Below the pieces are notes generated by a model that had not been told where the DNA came from, ran no database searches, and saw nothing but the letters and a program-made list of their open reading frames with translations. A DNA stretch of 64,000 nucleotides from Phyllobates terribilis (lineage: Eukaryota), in NCBI RefSeq assembly GCF_046119375.1, contig NW_027362765.1, forward strand, positions 40,362,001 to 40,426,000, read 5' to 3'. Shown here piece after piece: positions 23,197 through 32,769 of the stretch. The position numbers and the translations under genes were made by a program. Every line of letters begins with the position of its first letter. The stretch's first letter is position 1.

Positions 23197-24403
23197 TGTA
23201 GCGTCGGCGTCCCTAGGCAGGGACGCTGTTCCCCTCACCTCTCCGCTCCGTGCCCGGCGTCTTCCTCCCGCTCTGCTGGCAGCGCGCGCTGCTTCCCGGC
23301 CACTGTGCTTAGGGCGCGCGCGCTCCCCCTCTCTTAAAGGGGCCGCGCGCGCCGTCCTAAGGAGTCCCCGGCCAATGGCCGGAGGACCTCACCATATATA
23401 AGGCACCTCCTCCAAAATGGAGGTGCCCGAGCAATGTTGTTGCATAGCCTATCACTCTGCTTCAGCCCTCAGGTCCCGTTACCAGATACCTGCCAGTTAC
23501 CTGCCAGATTCCCGCTTGATACCTGCCTGATACTTGTCTATCTGCTTACATTCCTGTGGTCCGACAGTCTGCCTACCAGCCCTGCCAGTCTGTCTATGGA
23601 TCTGTTTGCCCGCTCACCTGGGAGCGCTCATCTGCTACCTGCCTGCTAGCCTACCTGGAGGCTCTGCTGTCACGTGCTGTGTCCACCTGCCTGTCCAGAG
23701 ACTCTTACCCGCTCACCTGGGAGCGTCCGCATGCTACCTGCCTGCTAGCCTACCTGGAGGCTCTGCCGTCACGTGCTGTGACCACCTGCCTGTCCTGAGA
23801 CTCTTGCCCGCTCACCTGGGAGCGTCCGCCTGCTACCTGCCTGCTAGCCTACCTGGAGGCTCTGCCGTCACGTGCTGTGACCACCTGCCTGTCCTGAGAC
23901 TCTTACCCGCTCAGCTGGGAGCGTCCGCCTGCTACCTGCCTGCTAGCCTACCTGGAGGCTCTGCCGTCACCTGCTGTGACCACCTGCCTGTCCAGAGACT
24001 CTTGCCCCCTCACCTGGGAGCGTCCGCCTGCTACCTGCCTGCTAGTCTATCTGGAGGCTTAGCCATCACTTGCTGTGACCACCTGCCTGTTCAGAGACTC
24101 TTGCCCGCTCACCTTGGAGCGTCCACCTGCTACCTGCCTGCTAGCCTATCTGGAGGCTTAGCCGTCACTTGCCGTGACCACCCGCCTGTCAAGAGACTGT
24201 CCCCGTCACTTGCCGTGACCTCCTGCCCTTCTACCCAGAGACTGTCCCCGTCACTTGCCGTGACCTCCTGCCCTTCTACCCAGAGACTGTCCCCGTCACT
24301 TGCCGTGACTACCTGCCCGCCTACCCTGGGAGCCACCCGCTTCCTTACAAGGACTGCCCCTTTGTATCGTTGCTCAGAGGTTCCACCTCCCAGACCCGTT
24401 ACA
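23197..24403 (+). repeat. Gypsy B 3' LTR (1207 bp) with 6 x 99-bp and 3 x ~45-bp units
   Basis: Colinear with the 5' LTR apart from array copy number and small indels. Confidence 0.95.
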
Positions 24404-25350
24404 GAATGGAGCACTGTTTGGCTTTAGATACGACATCCCCGTTCCACATTTTCAGCCAAAGTGCCCATCTTGTATTTGACAACACCAAGGACCTAGCTGC
24501 TACCCTAACTAACTCGGCCGAGGCATCTGCTAAGAACCTTGTAGCCTTCTGAAGAAGAGGTAAAGAAGCCAGTAAATGTTCTCTGAGTGTGCCCATGCTT
24601 AGGTGACTGCCAAGTTGATTCAACAATCTGAACATAGATCTTGCCACGCAGGTGGATGCTACATTTGTTGTTAAGGAGGCCACTGATGCTTCCCAAGTTT
24701 TCCTCAAAAAGCTATCTATCTTCCGATCCATTGGTTCTTTAAGTTGTGAAGAATCCTTAACTGGAAGAGTTGTTTTTCTAGCCACCTCATTGACTTGGAT
24801 ATCAATCTTGGCAATCTCAGACCAATCCTTAGCTATTTCGTCTTCTAACGGAAATCTTCCTTTCAGTTCGCCTGGAATACCCAAACGTTTTTCTGGGAAC
24901 TCCCATTTATCTAGAATCAAACTCTGGATATTGTCATGACCCAGCTACACCATCATGTTTTTCGATTTCAATCCCCTAAACATTTCATCTTGGACTGCTC
25001 GGGTCATCTCTATTTCCTCGACCTCCATTATATTTCTTACTGATGTTAGGAGTTCCTCCATGTCCAAAGCAGAAAAATAATATTTTTGGCCCCTAGGTCA
25101 AAACTTTGAGTCAGGTTTAATTTCTTTTCTTCCAGCCAATATTCAGGGATGGATGCATGGGATTCTTCTGAATCTGAACTCTCCTCTAAACTAATCTTCC
25201 TCTTTTTGGTCACAGGAGGTGCTAGAGAACCCGATTGAGAAAAGTTGGCTATGAAAGTCAGAATTTCATGACATACCATCCCCCTTAACTCCTCTATTAG
25301 AGATAGTTTTTCATCCTTCACAACCTTTTCTGTGCACTCCGATCCTTGCA
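24404..25350 (-). pseudogene. DIRS gag remnant
   Basis: WEFPEKR..RFPL..IDIQV..ARKTTLPVKDSSQLKEPMDRKID..ADASAE is typical vertebrate DIRS ORF1. Confidence 0.85.
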
Positions 25351-26459
25351 TAAAAAACAGTTATGTTAGGAGTTTCTTAATACAAATGGCACATCTACGA
25401 CCTGTAGATTTAGCTCTCGTTTTTGGTGTAGGATCCTTTAACTATAACCTACTGCCAAACTGAGGCACCCACCCCCGGATTACTTACTGGGCCTGGGTTC
25501 ACGCTGGGCTCAACAGATGTAGAGCAAAGAGAAGATGCATCCTCTATGAAAATAAGGGATCGGTTGTACCTTAGGGTGTCTTCTTGTCAGTGTCACTTAT
25601 AGTGAAGTGACGGTGATCCCGCCAGGTGGGCATCCGTTGCATGCGATTCCTCCCCGTTGGTGTTCTCCTCCCGTCATTTCGTTGTTTTTTCATTGTGTCC
25701 TCTCGTCCAGCTGCCAGATACCACTGACCTGGATGCTGGACTAGAGTCCTGGGAATCGATCTGCTCATCTCTAGTCCCAACTGTCCCGGATACAGTGGAC
25801 AGTCCCGGATTTGGGTCTGCGCCCTGAGTCTCGGGTGTCTGCTGATTATCCGTCACTGCCACTGCCCCTCTGACATCTCCTCCGCCAGGGTAGAAAGAAA
25901 TGGTAAATGGGCATGGATTGGGGTGTGGTCAAAATTTGCCACTGTGCGCAACTGTGACAAACTCCAAACACTGACAAGAATGGGTCACTAGTCAGGATTT
26001 GGCCCAGGAGCTGATAATCAGCTGCCAGGGCGAAAGAAAGTCTGGAAAAGTAAGGGGCGGCACCATGGGTGTACCCACCGTGGGGCAGGGGTGGGGGCAA
26101 CTGCCCCCCCTAGAAGCAGGAACGCACGCCGCACACCAGGTCAGTCGTCAGCACCCGGGTCCCTGTGCAGGCGGGGGGGCCCTCACCGTCAGTGCCTGCT
26201 CCACCCCGCTTGCTCAGGGCCCCGGCACCCGGCAGAATACTTACCCCTCCCCGTGCCTCCGCAGCAGGTCCTGTCTATTCCGTGGCTGCTGCACTGTGAC
26301 GTCTCAGGTCAGAGGGCGCGGTGACGTCTTTACACCGCGCTCTCTCCTGAGCAGTCACAGCGCAGAGCGGGAAGACGCCGGCGACGCTGAGGGGTCCGGA
26401 GCAGCGGCAGCAGGTGAGAAGTGTGGTATTTGATTTTTTTTTTTATTGTATGGAGGCCT

Positions 26460-27430
26460 GTGGCATTATATGGGGGTGGGGAGGTGACATCCTGCATGGG
26501 GCATTATAAGGGGGGGGGTGACATCCTGCATGAGGCATTATAAGGGGGGGAAGCGACATCCTGCATGGGGCATTATAAGGGGGGGGTGACATCCTGCATG
26601 GGACATTATAAGGGAGGGGGGTGTGTGTGACATCCTGCATGGGGCATTATAAGGGAGGGGGTGTGTGTGACATCTTGCATGGGGCATTATAAGGGAGGGG
26701 GGGTGTGACATCCTGCATGGGGCATTGTAAGGAAGGGGGGGTGTCATCCTGCATGGGGCATTATAAGGGGGGGTGACATCCTACATGGGGCATTATAGGG
26801 GGGGGGAAGTGACATCCTGCATGGGGCATTATAAAGGGGGGGTGACATCCTGCATGGGGCATTATAAAGGGGGGTGACATCCAGCATGGGGCATTATAAG
26901 GGAGGGCGGGAGTGTGACATCCTGCATGGGGCATTATATGGGAGGAGGGGGTGACATCCTGCATGGGGCATTATAAGGGAGGGGGGGTGACATCCTGCAT
27001 GAGGCATTATAAGGGAGGGGGGAGTGTGACATCCTACATGGGGCATTATAGGGAGGGGGGGTGACATCCTGCATGGGGCATTATAAAGGGGGGGTGACAT
27101 CCTGCATGGGGCATTATAAGGGGGGGAAGTGACATCCTGCATGGGGCATTATAAAGGGGGGTGACATCCAGCATGGGGCATTATAAGGGAGGGCGGGAGT
27201 GTGACATCCTGCATGGGGCATTATATGGGAGGAGGGGGTGACATCCTGCATGGGGCATTATAAGGGAGGGGGGGTGACATCCTGCATGAGGCATTATAAG
27301 GGAGGGGGGAGTGTGACATCCTGCATGGGGCATTATAAGGAAGGGGGGGGTGTCATCCTGCATGGAGCATTATAAGGGGGGGGTGACATCCTACATGGGG
27401 CATTATATGGGGGGGGACAGCCTGCATGGG
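26460..27430 (+). repeat. G-rich minisatellite, unit about 35-39 bp (GTGACATCCTGCATGGGGCATTATAAGGGn)
   Basis: Direct tandem repetition with variable G-run length. Confidence 0.95.
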
Positions 27431-27489
27431 GCATTATGTGGGGGGGGACAGCCTGCATGAGGCATTATGTGTGGAGAACAGCCTGCATG

Positions 27490-28110
27490 GAGTGTTATAT
27501 GGGGGCCAGTATTCTGTATGGAGCGTTATATGGGGGCCAGTATCCTGCATGGAGCGTTATATGGGGGCCAGTATCCCGCATGGAGCGTTATATGGGGGCC
27601 AGTATCCTGCATGGAGCGTTATATGGGGGCCAGTATCCTGTATGGAGCGTTATATGGGGACCAGTATCCTGTATAGAGCGTTATATGGGAGCCAGTATTC
27701 TGTATGGAGCGTTATATGGGGGCCAGTATTCGGTATGGAGCGTTATATGGGGGCCAGTATCCTGTATGGAGCATTATATGCGGACCACTATCCTGTATGG
27801 AGCATTATATGGGGACCAGTATCCTGTATGGAGCATTTTATGGGGGCCAGTATTCCGTGTGGAGGGTTATGTTGGGGCCAGTATTCTGTATGGAGCATTT
27901 CATGGGGGCCAGTCTCCTGTATGGAGAATTTTATGGGGGCCAGTATTCCGTATGGAGTGTTATGTTGGGGCCAGTATTCTGTATGGAGCATTTTATGGTG
28001 GCCAGTCTTCTGTATGGAGAATTTTATGGGGGCCAGTATTCCATGTGGAGTGTTATGTTGGGGCCAGTCTCCTGTATGGAGCATTTTATGGGGGCCAGTA
28101 TACTGTGTGG
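27490..28110 (+). repeat. 31-bp minisatellite (GGGGGCCAGTATCCTGTATGGAGCGTTATAT)
   Basis: Direct tandem repetition, diverging toward the 3' end. Confidence 0.93.
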
Positions 28111-28199
28111 AGCGATTCGCCGGTTTCTGAGCTATTGTGTAATTTACAATAGATATCACTCCTGTAATGTAAGAAGTGAAATCTTTGCACTGTACTATA

Positions 28200-30029
28200 T
28201 CTATCTATATAATTGTCTTATCCCGTCTGTCTGTCTGTCTTTGTCTGTCTGTCCTGGAAATCCCGGGTCGCTGATTGGTCCGGCCGCGGCCAATCAGCGA
28301 CGCGGCATTTCAGAAAAACATGGCGGCCGTTAGCGACTCATGTGAGGCACGGAGGTCAGCGGCGATGCAGCCGGGAGATGCAGCTGGCTGCTCGCAGCAT
28401 AAGTCCCCCGACCGCAGGCGCCGCTGACCTACATGCGGCTATCATCGGAAGATCAGCGGCTACGGACGCTTATCTCCCGAAGACAAGTGTGACGCCCCTC
28501 CCCTCCTCTCCTTTCCCCTCCCCTGTCCTCTCCTCCCGTCCCTACCCCCGCTCCATCCGGCGTCATACTTACCCCTCCCCTCCCCTCTCCTCTCCTCCCG
28601 TCCCTCCCCCCGCTAGATCAGGACCCCAGAGTCATACTTACCCCTCCCCGTGCCTGCGCAGCAGCTCCTGTGTCTTCCGCTGCAGCTCTGTGACGTCTCA
28701 GGTCAGAGGGCGCGGTGACGTCTTTACACTGCGCTCTCTCCTGACCGATCACAGCGCACAGCGTGAAGATGCCGGATACGCTGGAGTCCAGAGAAGCAGC
28801 TGAGAAGGGAGGTGAGTATTGGATTTTTTTTTTTTTTTTTGTATGGGGGCCATAGGGGACCTGCATGGGGCACTATGGGGGGATGGGACATCCTGCATGG
28901 GGTATTATATGGGGGGAGAGGTGACATCCTACATGGGCCATTATATGGGCGAGAGGTGACATCCTACATGGGCCATTATATGGGGGGAGAGGTGACATCC
29001 TACATGGGCCATTATATGGGGGAGAGGTGACATCCTACATGGGCCATTATATGGGGGAGAGGTGACATCCTACATGGGCCATTATATGGGGGAGAGGTGA
29101 CATCCTACATGGGGCATTATATGGGGGGAGAGGTGACATCCTGCATGGGGTATTATATGGGGGGAGAGGTGACATCCTGCATGGGGTATTATATGGGGGG
29201 AGAGGTGACATCCTGCATGGGGTATTATATGGGGGGAGAGGTGACATCCTACACGGGGCATTATATGGGCGAGAGGTGACATCCTACATGGGGCATTATA
29301 TGGGGGGAGAGGTGACATCCTACATGGGGCATTATATGGGGGAGAGGTGACATCCTACATGGGGCATTATATGGGGGGAGAGGTGACATCCTGTATGGGG
29401 CATTATATAGGGGGGATGTGACAGCCTGCATGGGGTATTATATGGGGGGAGAGGTGACATCCTGCATGGGGCATTATATGGGGGGAGAGGTGACATCCTA
29501 CATGGGGCATTATATGGGGGAGAGGTGACATCCTGCATGGGGTATTATATAGGGGGGATGTGACAGCCTGCATGGGGCATTATATGGGGGGAGAGGTGAC
29601 ATCCTGCATGGGGCATTATATGGGGGGAGAGGTGACATCCCACATGGGGCATTATATGGGGGGGAGAGGTGACATCCTACATGGGGCATTATATGGGGGA
29701 GAGGTGACATCCTGCATGGGGCATTATATGGGGGGAGAGGTGACATCCTACATGGGCCATTATATGGGGGAGAGGCATTCTTCATGGGGCATTATATGGG
29801 GGAGAGGTGACATCCTACATGGGGCATTATATAGGGGGGATGTGACATCCTGCATGGGGCACTATAGTGGGATGTGACTTCCTACATGGGGCATCATATA
29901 GGAGGGATGTGACATCCTGCATGGGGTATTATATACGGGGGATGTGACTTCCTGCATGGGGCATTATAAAGGAGGGTCGGGAGACATATGCTAGAATACC
30001 AGATTCTTTAGAATCGGGCCACCATCTAG
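28200..30029 (+). mobile_element. Non-autonomous Helitron
   Basis: 5' TC (TCTATCTATATAATT) after an A. 3' hairpin GATTCT-TT-AGAATC (30002-30015), then CTAG (30026-30029) followed by T. No TSD. Confidence 0.8.
28880..29965 (+). repeat. ~36-bp minisatellite (GAGAGGTGACATCCTRCATGGGGCATTATATGGGGG) inside the Helitron
   Basis: Tandem repeat with the same core as 26460-27430. Confidence 0.95.
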
Positions 30030-30509
30030 TATATATATATTTCTCTTCGGTATCTGTGACCATGGCTTGCCCCCCCCCCCCCTAGTTTTGATCCTAGGTA
30101 CGCCCATGGGCGGCACTGAAAACACTGAAGCAGCAAAATGCGAGAAAGCCAAAATATGTGCGAGCCTGAAAGCTTTTGGTCACAACTGCAGAGTAAGAGA
30201 CATTAGGAGGGAAATAACACAATGTAATCCAACACAGACAGGAACAAGTGCGGTCTCCTGGAATGTGACTGCAGCACTGAGGGGGTTAATAGTAATGGGG
30301 GATCTCCACATACCTCCACCTGCAGAGCCTCCACCACATATATGGCTGTTCTGTGCGCACAGGACCTGTGATGAGGTCACAGGAGGGGAGGAGTCAGGGG
30401 TCACATGATCAGGGGCCTCAGTGGATGCAGGACTCTGCTGTGCTGGTTGTCATGGTGCTGGATGAGGTGAAGGTTATGTGTGGGGTCAGGAGGGGTTTAC
30501 AGTGTGGAT

Positions 30510-30950
30510 GTAGCAGAGCCGCGTGTGTACGAGGTGTACGGAGCGGAGCCGCGTGTGTACGAGGTGTACGGAGCGGAGCCGCGCGTGTATGAGGTGTACG
30601 GAGCAGAGCCGCGGGTGTACGAGGTGTACGGAGCAGAGCCGCGGGTGTACGAGGTGTACGGAGCAGAGCCGCGGGTGTACGAGGTATACGGAGCAGAGCC
30701 GTGTGTGTACGGAGCGGAGCGGAGCCGTGCGTGTACTAGGTGTACGGAGCGGAGCCGCGTGTACGAGGCGTACGGAGCGGAGCCGTGTGTGTACTAGGTG
30801 TATAGAGCAGAGCCGTGTTTGTACGAGGTGTACAGAGCTCAGCCGTGTGTACAGAACGGAGCCGCATATGTATACGAGGTGTACAGAGCTGAGCCGCGTG
30901 CGTACAAGGCAAACGGAGTGGAGCCGTGTGTGTACGAAGTGTACGGAACA
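30510..30950 (+). repeat. 30-bp minisatellite (GAGCRGAGCCGCGTGTGTACGAGGTGTACG)
   Basis: Direct tandem repetition. Confidence 0.9.
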
Positions 30951-31941
30951 GTGTGAAGGGCTATGTGGGGACCATTATACAATGTCAAGGTTTGTGTGGG
31001 GTGCATCATACTGTATTGAGGGATCTGTGGTGGCCATTATATTGTGTGGGGGCGGTGTTGGGTTCACAGTTGGGGCAATGTATTTTGCCGGGTGGGTACT
31101 TTAGGGTTCTAATACTGTGCGTGTGGCAGGTACTGTGGAGGAATTCACTGTGTGGTTATCATACTGTGTTTGGGGGGCTCTTTTCTTGGAATCATACTTT
31201 ATAGGGGCAAGGAAAGGGGAGTCTAGGGCTTCAATAGGAGGAAAATTACTCTGTAATGGCTGCAAAGTCGTGAGACATCGTCTTCTGTACTCCACCAAAT
31301 ATTTTTTCTTCTTTCTTTATTTGGGGTGGGTGGGGGGAGCACGATTAGAACTTATACTATGGGGCCCCATGATTTCTGTGTACGGCCCTGGTGCCAGAAT
31401 ATCCTTGACAGGATGTGCTTACTTTCAGGAAGCTCTTTCAGTATTACCCTATATTTTTCACTCAGCTGTTCTCTGCTCACCTCGCCTCTGCTATGTTCAC
31501 GTCTGGCTCTACATGTTGCTTGTCCACAAATCTGCTCCAGTGAAGTCTACTGCCACCATCTGTTTCCTGTGTTCTTTGGCTGGTTGAGTTGCTTCCTAGA
31601 CACAAATTATGTAATCAAGACCCGATATTTAACTCCTTAATGCTCCATGACCTACTATTATGTTATAGAGCGTGTTAGGAGCGGACTTAGGAGCAGAGCC
31701 CACTCTACACAGGGCTGTGGTGTGAACATAAAAATTGATATTTGAGTCCATATTGAAATATACAGAATGCATTACAAACCAGCATCGCTGGTTACACATT
31801 CACAGATAGATATGGCTTATTCTGTCAAAGTCTTACCTGATGTTTATACATAGACAATGTTCATAGTAACAAAATCTTGAACGGTTTACTCACATCGTCT
31901 GAAAGTTCACCTTTCAAACAGTCCGATGTTTATTATTTGTT

Positions 31942-32710
31942 AGGCTATGTGCCCACTATGCAGATTTGAAGCCGAAATTTTCTGAGCATTTCTGCATCTC
32001 CTTCACAGAAAAAACGCATTCGGATTTTACATGCGTTTTTTTTCAAGCGTTTTTCCAAGAGATTTTGAGCATCACTTGGAAAAGGGCTTGTCAAGTTGGT
32101 CACACAGTATAAATCCATGCAACCGGCATGGATTTATATTGTGTGACCTACTTAGAGGAAATTTCTACTTCAAATGCTGCATCTAAAGTAAAAAAAAAAA
32201 GAATTAAAAATAAATATAAAACCTTATATTCACCACTCCGGCGGCCCCCGGTCTCCTCCCGGCAGCATCCTCTCTCCTTGGCAGCCCATGGTGTTCTGCC
32301 AGGACCTGCGGTGACGTAATTTAGTCAGCTGATGGTCACGGGACCATCACCTGACCTCTGATGTCAGCGGTCTCGTGACCATCAGCTGACTAAATGACGT
32401 CACTGCTGGTCCTGCCACTACACCATGGGATGCCGAGGAGAGAGGACGCCGCCTGGAGCAGACCGGGGGGCGCCGGAGAGGTGTCTATGAATATTTTTTT
32501 TTATTTTTTACTTTATAATTCTTTTTTAACTTGCAGATGCAGATATTATGCGGTTCAATGCAAGTCAATGGGCGCGATTTTGCAGCGAAATCGCGCCCAA
32601 ATTGGTTGTGCTGCAGATTTTTCCGCAATGATAATCCGCAGCGGAAATTTCCGCAGCATGTGCAAAGGACATGCGGATTATTATTGGGAAACATTGCAGA
32701 CCTCTTACCA
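31942..32710. mobile_element. Harbinger-like MITE with a palindromic GC-rich core
   Basis: Starts TTA|GGCTATGTGCCCAC. Internal hairpin GGTCACACA.TATAAATCCATGC/GCATGGATTTATATTGTGTGACC. The core matches the element at 43962-46505. The right end is degenerate. Confidence 0.55.
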
Positions 32711-32769
32711 AGCAATTTTAATGCTTTTCCGCGGCGTCACTTCAGATATTTTTTGAACCTGCATATATA

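Larger units (their letters stand above)
17289..24403 (+). mobile_element. Gypsy B: full-length but decayed chromodomain Ty3/Gypsy (sushi/PEG10-like)
   Basis: TG...CA LTRs and a 5-bp TSD GAATG (17284-17288 / 24404-24408). G-rich PPT before 23197. Gag, PR, RT, RH, IN and chromodomain are all present. Confidence 0.98.
14170..25500 (-). mobile_element. Decayed DIRS tyrosine-recombinase retrotransposon, interrupted by Gypsy B
   Basis: Gag (24399-24920) continues across the Gypsy as GDVVSKAKQCSIPFQGEYVFGPALD. RT YQFNVLLFGISSAPQVFTK..YLND (16402-16596), RNase H-like fragment (15583-15873), methylase-like DAYAHPW..LIAPFWP (15262-15549), integrase-like LDFLQD..LKPNTLKVQVS (15010-15252), YR STRA..ERA..EQICRAA (about 14340-14430). 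The boundary near 25500 is approximate. Confidence 0.9.
26064..30108. mobile_element. Non-autonomous hAT-type element (4045 bp) with minisatellites and a nested Helitron
   Basis: TIRs CATGGGTGTACC / GGTACGCCCATG (11/12 match) and an 8-bp TSD GGCGGCAC (26056-26063 / 30109-30116). Confidence 0.9.

Noticed and set aside
27426-28333. Overlapping Gly/Tyr-rich ORFs over 200 aa
   Set aside because: A 31-bp tandem repeat open in several frames at once; not evidence of coding.
26460-30950. CRISPR-like regular repeats
   Set aside because: No unique spacers, no cas genes, and a eukaryotic context.
31830-31900. Minus-strand donor-like motifs (CTTACCTG, ACTCAC) suggesting microexons
   Set aside because: No convincing acceptor or frame support; such motifs are expected by chance.
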